A stretch of 64,000 bases of DNA from Dehalococcoidales bacterium (GTDB lineage Bacteria; Chloroflexota; Dehalococcoidia; Dehalococcoidales; RBG-16-60-22). Positions within the stretch are counted from its first letter, which is position 1, and every line of letters starts with the position of its first letter. The translations under genes were made by a program, and so were the position numbers. Location of the stretch: the NCBI GenBank assembly GCA_034414775.1, contig DAOULX010000042.1, forward strand, positions 3,590 to 67,589. The letters run 5' to 3'. The notes beneath the pieces are model-generated. The model had not been told where the DNA came from. It did not search any database and was given only the letters and a program-made list of their open reading frames with translations. Shown here piece by piece: positions 9,567 to 20,610 of this stretch.

Positions 9567-10148
9567 CTAATGAAGGTCCACGTACTGGGTAACCCGGCCG
9601 GGTATTTCTCTTTCTAAGGGGAGCACCGGGCCGTTGGGTGGCTTAACCTCCAGGGCAAACCTGTCATACGGGCCGATTGAGATATTGCCTGATGTCGGCA
9701 TGACAACGGTGATTTCGAAGAGCTCGTTGGGATCGAGAAGATTATCATCATTGACCGTGCTCAACTTTGCCAATGTCCAGTTGACCGAGGGAAGAAAGTT
9801 GCCCTGGTCATGGTAGGAAATAATGACAGGGCTTACATTCTCCGATGACGGAGCGAAATCTACCGGACTACCGGCCGAAGGAATCGCCACACCAAAGATG
9901 ATTTCCGTTACAACGCTGCTCTCCATCTTGGCGATGATGTTGCCCTTGATTTCTATCGTGGCCATGGTTGAATCGAGTCCGGCGTTGACGGCCTCTTTGG
10001 CCTTCTGTGAGGAGAACAGGCCTGCGGAGAGGACGACATAAGCGAACACCGAAGCCACAATGACGAACGCAATAAGTATTATTGCCGTTTCCAGGCCGGT
10101 GACACCCGCCTGGTTTTCGCGTATTTCCTTTACTCGTTTCCTAAACAT
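9567..10148 (-). CDS. Archaellin (archaeal flagellin) N-terminal domain protein with class III signal peptide
   Basis: A basic leader MFRKRVKEIRENQAG is followed by VTGLETAIILIAFVIVASVFAYVVLSAGLFSSQKAKEAVNAGL. This matches the archaellin N-terminal domain pattern, including the region after the hydrophobic helix. An RBS GGTGGAGG lies upstream. Confidence 0.75.
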   Translation of the reverse strand: MFRKRVKEIRENQAGVTGLETAIILIAFVIVASVFAYVVLSAGLFSSQKAKEAVNAGLDSTMATIEIKGNIIAKMESSVVTEIIFGVAIPSAGSPVDFAPSSENVSPVIISYHDQGNFLPSVNWTLAKLSTVNDDNLLDPNELFEITVVMPTSGNISIGPYDRFALEVKPPNGPVLPLEREIPGRVTQYVDLH

Positions 10149-10431
10149 ATTACCTCCACCTTTTCAGATGGCCACCACGCCACCTTGAGGTATAAAGCCA
10201 TGGTCTCACCGGTCCTTCCCTTCCGGCGACTTTAGAATAACAGGCGTATGGTAACTAAAACATAAATATCCCGAACTTTACTATAAACATTTCGTGAAGA
10301 AGTAAACTTATGGAAAAAGCGGACAGTCTGAATACAATGTTAAGATAGTAATAGTTGAATCGAGGGAGACTTCGTTATCTTTGATAAGTGGGTCTTCTCT
10401 CCATAGGAAAGACTTCAGAGAAAAACCTACT

Positions 10432-11142
10432 TTATACGATGGGACGATGGGGATTGAGGCAGCAGTCCCCGCAGCGGGGGATTTTGCGGCAGGTTTCTTT
10501 GCCCAGCCGAACGAGGAGGGCGTGGTACTCGTTGAAGAGTTGGGTATCGGCAGGAAGGTTTTCCACGAACAGGGCCTGATAGGCGGTATAACTATCCTGG
10601 GATGGGGCCAGCCCCAGCCTACTTAAAATCCGGCGGGTATAGGCATCGATAACGAACACCGGCCGGTTACCGGCATATAGAAGAATAGAATCAGCCGTCT
10701 CTTCGCCGATACCGTTAACGCCAAGCAACTCACGGCGTAGACCGTCCGTATCCCGGGAAAAGAGCCTGTCCAGATTGCCGGCGTATTTTTCGCTGAACCA
10801 TTTTACGAAGGCCTTCAGCCGCCGCGCCTTGATGTTATAGTAACCGCAGGGATGGATCAAGTCCGCCAGCTCCGGCTCGGATAGTTCCCGCAAGGCCGTT
10901 GCGGACAGCTTTCCGGCGGTACGGAGGTTGTCAATGGCCCTCTCGACATTGGTCCAGGCGGTGGATTGTGTCAGTATCGCCCCGACGATTACCTCGAAGG
11001 GCTCCCGGGCGGGCCACCAGTACTGGGGGCCGTACCGGTTCAGGAGTCTCCGGTAAGTGCCCAGCAACGCAACATCCCTCGCCTGATGATTCGCGAGGAT
11101 GTTGCAGTTTCCGTCCGGCGGACTGGGTACCGCTCGAGTCAT
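10432..11142 (-). CDS. Endonuclease III-like HhH-GPD DNA glycosylase family protein
   Basis: The HhH-GPD pattern (VNGIGEETADSILLYA) and a C-terminal Cys cluster (CRKIPRCGDCCL) are present. Confidence 0.75.
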   Translation of the reverse strand: MTRAVPSPPDGNCNILANHQARDVALLGTYRRLLNRYGPQYWWPAREPFEVIVGAILTQSTAWTNVERAIDNLRTAGKLSATALRELSEPELADLIHPCGYYNIKARRLKAFVKWFSEKYAGNLDRLFSRDTDGLRRELLGVNGIGEETADSILLYAGNRPVFVIDAYTRRILSRLGLAPSQDSYTAYQALFVENLPADTQLFNEYHALLVRLGKETCRKIPRCGDCCLNPHRPIV

Positions 11143-12392
11143 TTCACTTCCGCCAGCGGCGTTAACGTCAACAGTTTCCTAGCAATCCCCGGGTACTTGG
11201 CGATGAAGATGAGCTCGTCTTCAACGAGGGGTTTCTGCGACTCCACGTTAGCGTACCTGACCAGTTCGAGGATATCGTTGGCCTTATTCCTATCCGGGAA
11301 CTTGATAGGAACCGGAAGCTGGCTCATAACATGGCTGAACCCGGAGATGCCGCCGTATTCGCCGGTGCAGATCTCACGGCCGGACTCAACAAGCTCGGGC
11401 TCACCGCGGCCCAGCTCTTCGTAATGATAGAGCTCGTAGTTTTCCGGGTCTTTGAGGACACCATCGGCATGGATGCCGGACTCATGGGCGAAGGCGTTGG
11501 CTCCGACGCCCGGCTGATTAATAGGAATGGGGACGCCAAAAGCATAGCTGGTGAACCTGGTAATCTTGAAAGCCATATCCAGCTTGATTGAATTTCCCAG
11601 CTCATAGCGTTTGCAGGTAGCTTTCGATTTCCTGGCCGCCAGTATCACGGCGATGAGGTCGGCGTTGCCGGCCCGCTCGCCGATGCCATTGATAGTGGTA
11701 TTGATGTAGGCATCCTGGCCGCCGTCGATAGCGCCCATAGCTCCCGCGATGGAGTTAGCCACCGCCATACCCAAGTCGTTATGGCAGTGAAGCTCAACGG
11801 GCAGACCGATTTTCTCCGCCATCTTTCTCGCATTGTCGTAGATAGTGAAAGGGTTATCGTAACCGAGCGTATCGCAGTAACGGACCCTGTCAGCGCCATG
11901 TTCCTTCCCCGCTAGCCCGAACTCGATCAGGTAATCGACGTCGGTCCGGGAGGCATCCTCGGCATTGACACCGATGGACTCGGCCCCATGAGCGCGGGCG
12001 GCATCGACGGCTTCAGTCATATCCCGGATAATATCATGTTTGGATTTCTTGCCCAGGAACTTTCCGTTGATCATCTGGTCGGACGTAGAAATGGAAAGAT
12101 TGAGGTGGTTGATATTGGGCACATTGCGGAAGGTTAGCTCTACGTCGACGGGCATGGCCCTTATCCAACCACCGAGCCGCAGTGGTTTAATGACACCGAT
12201 CTCGGCCAGTTCCAGATTGGCCTGGAGATAGTTGATTTCGTGTCGGGTGGTCGGAAACCCGAACTCTGACTGGAAGACGCCCATATCATTGAGATATATA
12301 TTGATCATGGTCTTTTCCAGCTTGGACAGTCCGAGCCTGGCCGTCTGTACACCGTCCCGATTGGTTACATCTAGTAAATAAATCTTGGGCAT
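11139..12392 (-). CDS. Homocitrate / isopropylmalate / (Re)-citrate synthase family (HMGL-like) enzyme
   Basis: LDVTNRDGVQ..., HCHNDLGMAVANS, NGIGERAGNA are the DRE-TIM metallolyase motifs of the LeuA/NifV family. Substrate specificity cannot be assigned from sequence alone. Confidence 0.8.
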   Translation of the reverse strand: MPKIYLLDVTNRDGVQTARLGLSKLEKTMINIYLNDMGVFQSEFGFPTTRHEINYLQANLELAEIGVIKPLRLGGWIRAMPVDVELTFRNVPNINHLNLSISTSDQMINGKFLGKKSKHDIIRDMTEAVDAARAHGAESIGVNAEDASRTDVDYLIEFGLAGKEHGADRVRYCDTLGYDNPFTIYDNARKMAEKIGLPVELHCHNDLGMAVANSIAGAMGAIDGGQDAYINTTINGIGERAGNADLIAVILAARKSKATCKRYELGNSIKLDMAFKITRFTSYAFGVPIPINQPGVGANAFAHESGIHADGVLKDPENYELYHYEELGRGEPELVESGREICTGEYGGISGFSHVMSQLPVPIKFPDRNKANDILELVRYANVESQKPLVEDELIFIAKYPGIARKLLTLTPLAEVK

Positions 12393-12550
12393 TCACACCT
12401 CCACCTGCCGGCATCTAGTAGTGCCGACGCTATATTTTAAGATATATCGGCGCCAGCAAGCAAACATACCAGGCAGGTCTTGTATGGGATAATTCGCTGG
12501 TTTGACGTCCGAGGACTCAAATTTGACCGGGTCACCCGAATTCTGGTATC

Positions 12551-12805
12551 ATGCTCAAGGCCAGGTATTTTGGGTTCGGCATGAACAGGTGGGACTTGGC
12601 GGTCAGGCTGACAGGTGTTGGGTTCTATGTCGGGACCTGTATCGTGGGGGGGACGTTCGCCGGACTGTGGCTCGACGGAAAGCTGGATACCCGGCCGCTA
12701 TTCATGATAGGCGGGCTGCTGTTAGGGGTGGTAGTGGCTTTTTACGGTTTATATCGCATGCTCAAACCCCTCATGAATGACAAGCAAGACAAGGAGAACA
12801 GCTAG
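12551..12805 (+). CDS. atpZ: AtpZ/AtpI-like small membrane protein of the ATP synthase operon
   Basis: 84 aa with two TM segments (GVGFYVGTCIVGGTFAGLWLD, LFMIGGLLLGVVVAF). It lies immediately upstream of atpB. Confidence 0.7.
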   Translation: MLKARYFGFGMNRWDLAVRLTGVGFYVGTCIVGGTFAGLWLDGKLDTRPLFMIGGLLLGVVVAFYGLYRMLKPLMNDKQDKENS

Positions 12806-13777
12806 GTGGCTGAGCAGAAACGACGCGGCTGCTTGGGCTGCTCTTTCCCTATCTTAATCATCGTTGTCGTCTTCTTTCTAGGTCTTTTTATCCTCGGTTT
12901 CCTGGTAGGGCCAATCGGCCAGGGCTTGTTCGAGAAGTTCGGTGTTACCCTGAACTTCCCCGATTGGATGGTCGTACCCCGGCCCGCGCCGCATCTCCCG
13001 GCGCCGGAACTTTTCCACGTTTTCGGTCTGCCGATTACCAATACCTTGCTTGCCAGCTGGCTCACCGTGGTCTTTCTGATAGTATTCAGCTGGGCGGTTA
13101 CCCGCCGCATGAAGCTCGTTCCCGGCAGACTGCAGGTAGTATTCGAGGCCATACTCGGCTGGATGTTTGACCTCTGTAAAAGCGTTTCCGGCGAAGAAAA
13201 CGCGCGTAAATTCTTCCCGGTGGTGATGACAATATTCCTTTACGTTCTGTTTAATGCCTGGCTCAGCCTGATACCCGGCTTCGGCTCGATAGAGATTACC
13301 ATCCACGGGCATCACTATGAGCTGATACGGGGCGCCAATACCGATGTCAATACACCCATGGCATTGGCCGTTATTTCGTTCGTTTTTGTTGCCTTTTACG
13401 GACTCAAAACACTCGGCATAGGCTGGCTTCGGCAGTATTTTAACTTCGGGCCGTTTTTCCGCAGTGTGGGACAACTATTCAAGGGCAAACTGGATTTCAT
13501 GGGTCTTTTCTCCGGCCTAATCGAGATTGTTGTTGGTTTTTTAGAACTGCTTGGCAGGTTTATTACCATTATCAGTTTTACTTTCCGGCTCTTCGGTAAC
13601 ATGACGGCGGGAGAAATCCTGTTGCTGATCACGGCTTTCCTGATTCCCTGGATTCTGGCCCTGCCGTTCTACGGGCTGGAGTTATTAATCGGGGCTATCC
13701 AGGCATTTATCTTCAGCGGTCTGACGCTGGTTTTCGTTACTATGGCGGTGACTCCCCACGGTGGGGAAGCGCATTAG
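12806..13777 (+). CDS. atpB: F0F1 ATP synthase subunit a
   Basis: Polytopic membrane protein with the conserved FRLFGNMTAGE motif. The start codon (GTG at 12806) is uncertain. Confidence 0.9.
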   Translation: MAEQKRRGCLGCSFPILIIVVVFFLGLFILGFLVGPIGQGLFEKFGVTLNFPDWMVVPRPAPHLPAPELFHVFGLPITNTLLASWLTVVFLIVFSWAVTRRMKLVPGRLQVVFEAILGWMFDLCKSVSGEENARKFFPVVMTIFLYVLFNAWLSLIPGFGSIEITIHGHHYELIRGANTDVNTPMALAVISFVFVAFYGLKTLGIGWLRQYFNFGPFFRSVGQLFKGKLDFMGLFSGLIEIVVGFLELLGRFITIISFTFRLFGNMTAGEILLLITAFLIPWILALPFYGLELLIGAIQAFIFSGLTLVFVTMAVTPHGGEAH

Positions 13778-13788
13778 AATACTCATAA

Positions 13789-14034
<246 letters not shown>

Positions 14035-14067
14035 GCTGGTTATTTATCAGGATACAGGAGAGGAATC

Positions 14068-14184
14068 ATGGAAGAAAGCGGGATTCCGTCTTTAATAGCG
14101 GTTCTGGCCGCGGCTGGCGTCGTCATCGGTATCACGGTGGCTATGGCCGTGATTACCTGGGCGTTCATATTCGCTACCGCTTAG
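14068..14184 (+). CDS. 38-codon single-TM ORF between atpE and atpF (below the ORF-track cutoff)
   Basis: An RBS-like CAGGAGAGG is followed by ATG at 14068. The translation is MEESGIPSLIAVLAAAGVVIGITVAMAVITWAFIFATA, with stop TAG at 14182-14184. It sits in an otherwise unexplained 213-nt intergenic gap. Confidence 0.35.
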   Translation: MEESGIPSLIAVLAAAGVVIGITVAMAVITWAFIFATA

Positions 14185-14247
14185 GTGCCGATGACCGGTG
14201 ATATCCGGGACGTACAATAGTGGTCTGAACTGGATATCGGAGGTATT

Positions 14248-14763
14248 GTGGAAGGACTTATAGAGGGACTCGGGATAAACCTACCCGTATTGATAACACA
14301 GGTGGTAACCTTCATCATCCTGCTGGTTATCCTTCGCTTCGTTGCCTATAAACCGCTGATGCGCATGCTCGATGAGCGTTCTCAGCGGGTTAAGGAGAGT
14401 ATGGACCAGGCCGAGACCGTGAAACAGCAATCGGCCCACGCCGAGGAAGAGGTCAAGAAGCAACTCGAACAGGCCAGCCGCGAGGGTCAGGAAAGGATTG
14501 CCCGGGCGGTAAAGGCCGGTGAAGAGGTCAAGCAGCGGGCGCAGGAAGACGCCAAAAAAGAGGCCGATACCCTGCTCGAACGAGCACGCGCTGATATTCA
14601 GCGAGAGCGTGACGATGCCATCAGCGGAGTGAGGCGCGAGTTCGCTGACCTGACGGTGCTGGCGGCGGGTAAGGTTATCGAGCGTTCACTGGATAAAGAA
14701 GCCCATCGTGATCTAATCGAAAAGGTCCTTGAAGAAAGCTCGACACAGGAGAAGGAGCAGTAA
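14248..14763 (+). CDS. atpF: F0F1 ATP synthase subunit b
   Basis: An N-terminal TM helix is followed by a long charged helix. The operon position fits. The start is GTG with a GGAGG RBS. Confidence 0.85.
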   Translation: MEGLIEGLGINLPVLITQVVTFIILLVILRFVAYKPLMRMLDERSQRVKESMDQAETVKQQSAHAEEEVKKQLEQASREGQERIARAVKAGEEVKQRAQEDAKKEADTLLERARADIQRERDDAISGVRREFADLTVLAAGKVIERSLDKEAHRDLIEKVLEESSTQEKEQ

Positions 14764-14770
14764 TTAAATT

Positions 14771-14845
14771 GTCATTCTGAGGAACGAAGTGACGAAGAAT
14801 CTCGTTAATTCGAGGTACGGGATCCTTCACTTCGCTCAGGATGAC
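14771..14845. repeat. Palindromic intergenic repeat element, copy 1 (inverted orientation)
   Basis: Arms are gtcattctgaggaacgaagtgacgaagaatctc and gggatccttcacttcgctcaggatgac. The termini match those of copies at 18287-18373 and 46884-46974. Confidence 0.7.
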
Positions 14846-14865
14846 GCTGCTGGCGGGAACTTATT

Positions 14866-15399
14866 ATGCCGAGAAAGGCCCACGCGAGGCGCTACGCCCA
14901 GGCGGTCTTCGAGATAGCGCTGGAGAAAAAAGAGTTGGAACGGTGGCAGGCGGACCTGGAGAAGGTCGCCGGTGTCCTGGCGGACGAGATGCTCCTGGCG
15001 GCCATGGACAGTCCTAAGATCACATATGAAAACAAAGCCCGGCTGGTGAACGAACGGCTCAAGGATATCGGACCACTGACCAGGAACCTGGTACTCTTGC
15101 TCGTTTACCGAAATGGGGCCGGTATGATCCGTGAAATAGTTGCGGAGTACCATCGTATGGTGGATGCCTATTACGGCATTCAGGCGGCCGAGGTCGTCAC
15201 CGCCGTCCCCCTTGATGACAAGGATAAGGACAGGCTGGCCGAAAACCTCAGCGAGCTGGTGGGCAGTCGGGTTTTTCTCAAGACGGCGGTCGATCCCGAA
15301 ATCCTCGGGGGTATCGTTGCCAGGGTCGGCGGCAAGCTGCTGGACGGCAGTACCCGCAGCCGCCTGGTGGAACTCAAGAAAGAACTGGGTGGGGGATAG
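14866..15399 (+). CDS. atpH: F0F1 ATP synthase subunit delta
   Basis: 177 aa with an OSCP/delta family pattern (ARRYAQAVFE..., GGIVARVGGKLLDGS). The operon position fits. Confidence 0.85.
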   Translation: MPRKAHARRYAQAVFEIALEKKELERWQADLEKVAGVLADEMLLAAMDSPKITYENKARLVNERLKDIGPLTRNLVLLLVYRNGAGMIREIVAEYHRMVDAYYGIQAAEVVTAVPLDDKDKDRLAENLSELVGSRVFLKTAVDPEILGGIVARVGGKLLDGSTRSRLVELKKELGGG

Positions 15400-15424
15400 A
15401 AGGTAAGATAAAATCCCCCTTAAT

Positions 15425-15443
15425 CCCCCTTTACAAAAGGGGG
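15425..15443 (+). other. Perfect 8-bp hairpin (CCCCCTTT-ACA-AAAGGGGG) in the atpH-atpA spacer
   Basis: Read directly from the sequence. It is embedded in a C/G-run motif, atcccccttaatccccctttacaaaagggggaaactgggagggggg. Confidence 0.5.
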
Positions 15444-15516
15444 AAACTGGGAGGGGGGAGAGGCAAATAAATACTAAATACTCAAAACTAACTACTGTAA
15501 ATCCGGGAGGTAGGCG

Positions 15517-17028
15517 ATGACGACAAGAGGCGAAGACATAGTCTCAATTATCAAACAGCAGATAGAGCAGTTCGGGACGGCGGTAACCATGGTAGACGTC
15601 GGTACAGTTATCGAGGTCGGCGATGGCATCGCCAGGATCCATGGGCTGTCAGCGGCCAAATACAACGAGCTCCTCCAGTTCCCTAATGATATCATCGGCA
15701 TAGCCCTGAACCTGGAAGAGGACAGCGTTTCCTCTGTTATCCTGGGGGAGTACGCCGGGATCAAAGAAGGCGACGAGGTTAGATGCACCGGGCGCATCGC
15801 CGAGGTACCGGTCGGAGAGGCCATGATCGGACGCGTCGTCGACCCGCTGGGGCGCCCGCTGGACGGCAAAGGCGCTATCAAGACCGATAAGACCCGGCCT
15901 ATCGAGCGCGTGGCACCCAATGTGGTACTGCGGGCCTCGGTCGATACGCCTGTTCAGACCGGCATCAAGTCCGTCGATAGCATGTTCCCCATCGGCCGCG
16001 GCCAGCGCGAGCTTATCATCGGCGACCGCTCCACGGGCAAGACGGCCATCGCTCTGGATACCATCGTCAACCAGAAGGGCGGCGACCTTATCTGCATCTA
16101 CGTGGCCATCGGCCAGAAGGTGTCTCAGGTGGCCCGCGTTGTGGCCACGCTGACCAACTACAGTGCCATGGAGCACACTATCGTGGTCTCCGCCAGCGCT
16201 TCGGAGTCGGTGGCATTACAATATCTAGCACCCTACGCCGGCTGCGCCATGGGCGAAGAGTTCATGGAGGCCGGCAAGGATGTATTGATTATCTATGATG
16301 ACCTTTCCAAGCACGCCTGGGCCTACCGGCAGCTCTCGCTGCTGCTGCGGCGGCCGCCCGGCCGCGAAGCCTATCCGGGCGATGTCTTCTATCTGCACAG
16401 CCGCCTGCTGGAGAGATCGGCGAAGTACGCTAAAGAGTATGGAGGCGGGTCGCTAACGGCCCTTCCCATCATCGAGACACAGGCCGGTGACGTGTCCGCC
16501 TACATCCCCACCAATGTCATCTCTATCACCGACGGCCAGCTTTACCTGGAATCCGACCTTTTCAATGCCGGCATCAAACCGGCCCTGAATGTCGGCATCT
16601 CGGTATCCCGCGTCGGCAGTAAGGCCCAGACCCCGGCGATGAAGAAGGTGGCCGGAAGGCTCAAGCTGGACATGGGCCAGTACCGCGAGGTGGCGGCCTT
16701 CGCCCAGTTCGGTACCGCCGAGTTAGACAAGGCCACCCGCTCTCAGCTCGAACGCGGCCAGCGCATTCAGGAGGTCCTCAAGCAAAGCCAGTTCGTCCCG
16801 GTTGCGCTGGAGAACCAGGTCATGGTGCTCTATGCCGTTATCAACGGCTACATGGACGACGTCCCTGTAGAGAAAATTGCCGCTTTCGAAGATGATTTCT
16901 ACCGTTTCATGACGGCGGATTACGCGGATCTGGTCAAGGACATCGCGACGACGAAAGACCTCAGCGCAGAAAACGAGGAAATCCTCAAAAAGGCCATCGT
17001 CGAATTCAAGCAGGGCTTTGTAAAATAA
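15517..17028 (+). CDS. atpA: F0F1 ATP synthase subunit alpha
   Basis: 503 aa with a Walker A motif GDRSTGKT and full-length alpha-subunit conservation. Confidence 0.97.
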   Translation: MTTRGEDIVSIIKQQIEQFGTAVTMVDVGTVIEVGDGIARIHGLSAAKYNELLQFPNDIIGIALNLEEDSVSSVILGEYAGIKEGDEVRCTGRIAEVPVGEAMIGRVVDPLGRPLDGKGAIKTDKTRPIERVAPNVVLRASVDTPVQTGIKSVDSMFPIGRGQRELIIGDRSTGKTAIALDTIVNQKGGDLICIYVAIGQKVSQVARVVATLTNYSAMEHTIVVSASASESVALQYLAPYAGCAMGEEFMEAGKDVLIIYDDLSKHAWAYRQLSLLLRRPPGREAYPGDVFYLHSRLLERSAKYAKEYGGGSLTALPIIETQAGDVSAYIPTNVISITDGQLYLESDLFNAGIKPALNVGISVSRVGSKAQTPAMKKVAGRLKLDMGQYREVAAFAQFGTAELDKATRSQLERGQRIQEVLKQSQFVPVALENQVMVLYAVINGYMDDVPVEKIAAFEDDFYRFMTADYADLVKDIATTKDLSAENEEILKKAIVEFKQGFVK

Positions 17029-17044
17029 GGCGGAGGTGGAGTAT

Positions 17045-17392
17045 ATGGAAAAGCAGATTGCCTACTGTGGCCTGGACTGCTCCGAGTGCGGGGCTTATAT
17101 CGCCACACGGGAAAACGACGACGCCAAGAGGAAGGAAGTCGCTGCGGAGTGGTCACGGCAATACAAAGTCGATATCAAGCCGGGGGATATCAACTGCGTC
17201 GGCTGTACAACCATCGATGGACCACACGTCGGACACTGGAATATGTGCGAGGTGCATAACTGTGGGGCGAAGAAAGGCGTCATCAACTGCGCCTATTGCG
17301 ATGGTTATGTCTGCGATACGCTGGGTAAATATTTCGAGATGGCCCCGGTAATGAAGGCCAATCTTGAGGAGATAAGAAAGGGTTTGCATTAA
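17045..17392 (+). CDS. DUF3795 Cys-rich protein inserted between atpA and atpG
   Basis: MEKQIAYCGLDCSECGAY...CVGC...CEVHNCGAKKGVINCAYCDGYVC is the DUF3795 cysteine pattern. The RBS GGAGGTGG favours the ATG at 17045 over the GTG at 17036. Confidence 0.8.
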   Translation: MEKQIAYCGLDCSECGAYIATRENDDAKRKEVAAEWSRQYKVDIKPGDINCVGCTTIDGPHVGHWNMCEVHNCGAKKGVINCAYCDGYVCDTLGKYFEMAPVMKANLEEIRKGLH

Positions 17393-17398
17393 AGAAGT

Positions 17399-18256
17399 AT
17401 GCCTGATATTAGAAAAGTAAGGCGGCGCATCCGGGGCGTCCAGAACATCGCCAAGATTACCCGGGCCATGGAGATGATCGCCGCCTCCAAGATGAGGAAG
17501 GCTCAGGAGCGAGGACTGGCCGGGCGTCCCTACTCCGAAAAGATTCAGCAGGTCATCGCCGATTTAGCGGCCCTGCCCGAGACGACTCAGCAGCAGCCCC
17601 TCCTCGAGAGACGCCCTGTCGAGAAAATAGCCGTGGTGCATATTACTCCTGACCGGGGCCTCTGCGGCGGGTTAAACAGTAACCTCAATCGCGGGCTGGC
17701 ACGGTTTATCGTTAGTGGGGAAAAACCGGCCAATGTTATTGCCGTCGGGCGTAAAGGGCGTGATTTCGCCGTCCGGTACGGTTTTGATCTTACCGCCGAG
17801 TTCATCCAGCTAGGAGACCATCCTTCATTCCTGGAAACCCTCCCCATTTCCACGATCGTCATCGATGATTATACCAGGCGTGAGATAGACGCGGTCTACG
17901 TGTCTTACGCCCAATTTGTTTCTACTCTGGTACAGCGGCCGGTTATAAAGCAGTTGCTTCCTGTAGAACCGGCATCAATACCACAGGTCGAGAACGTCGA
18001 TTATATCTACGAGCCCGGGGCGGAGGTAGTGCTGGGTGGATTGCTGCCCCGCTTCGTGGAAATGGAGATATACCAGGCCATCATGGAATCAATCGCCAGC
18101 GAGCAGTCCGCCCGGATGGTCGCCATGAGGAACGCCACCGACAGAGCCAATGAACTTATTGGCGACCTGACACTGCTGTATAACAAGGCCAGACAGGAAG
18201 CCATCACCAAAGATCTCCTCGATATCGTCGGTGGCGTAACGGCGCTGGAAGGTTAG
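17399..18256 (+). CDS. atpG: F0F1 ATP synthase subunit gamma
   Basis: 285 aa with conserved termini (IRKVRRRIRGVQNIAKITRAMEMIAASKMRKAQ ... ITKDLLDIVGG). Confidence 0.95.
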   Translation: MPDIRKVRRRIRGVQNIAKITRAMEMIAASKMRKAQERGLAGRPYSEKIQQVIADLAALPETTQQQPLLERRPVEKIAVVHITPDRGLCGGLNSNLNRGLARFIVSGEKPANVIAVGRKGRDFAVRYGFDLTAEFIQLGDHPSFLETLPISTIVIDDYTRREIDAVYVSYAQFVSTLVQRPVIKQLLPVEPASIPQVENVDYIYEPGAEVVLGGLLPRFVEMEIYQAIMESIASEQSARMVAMRNATDRANELIGDLTLLYNKARQEAITKDLLDIVGGVTALEG

Positions 18257-18286
18257 ATTGAATAACAAAGGAGAATATCATAGTCA

Positions 18287-20212
<1,926 letters not shown>

Positions 20213-20234
20213 AATATGAGAACTGCTAACAGTT

Positions 20235-20262
20235 AGGCCGCTGATTTTTCAGCGGCCTTTTC
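20235..20262 (+). terminator. Rho-independent terminator of the atp operon
   Basis: aggccgctga-tttt-tcagcggcct is a 10-bp perfect stem followed by TTTC. It lies 23 nt after the atpC stop. Confidence 0.7.
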
Positions 20263-20382
20263 GCATTATGGCGAAACGACGGTTGCTTTTGAGTTTCTCG
20301 TGAGTAAGGGGCACGAGCTTGGTAAAGGGAGAAGAACGGGGGCTCTCCGGTCCAGGAGAGCCAACCGGTCGTGAGGAACCAA

Positions 20383-20610
20383 CTACATGATTTCGAGTCT
20401 GACTCTGGTGGAGGCCTTGGCCGCTTTGACTCGAAGTAGGGTGCGCATGGCCTGGGCGATTTGACCCTGCTTCCCGATGATCCTGCCCTTATCATCATCG
20501 GCGACGCGCAGCTTTAGCGTGATGCCCTCCTCGTTAGTTTCTTCGTCAACGTTCACTGCTTCGGGATCGTTGACGATCGACTTGGCGATGTACTCTACTA
20601 GCTCTTTCAT
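20383..20610 (-). CDS. KH-domain RNA-binding protein (YlqC/UPF0109)
   Basis: The 75-aa ORF contains GRIIGKQGQIAQAMRTLL, a KH GxxG motif. It overlaps the rpsP stop, the canonical position. Confidence 0.85.
   Translation of the reverse strand: MKELVEYIAKSIVNDPEAVNVDEETNEEGITLKLRVADDDKGRIIGKQGQIAQAMRTLLRVKAAKASTRVRLEIM

Noticed and set aside
12502-12551. A TTGACC-N18-TATCAT promoter-like sequence lies directly in front of atpZ.
   Set aside because: The -10 element overlaps the annotated ATG, so transcription would start inside the ORF. Either the atpZ start or the promoter guess is wrong, and there is not enough evidence to call either.
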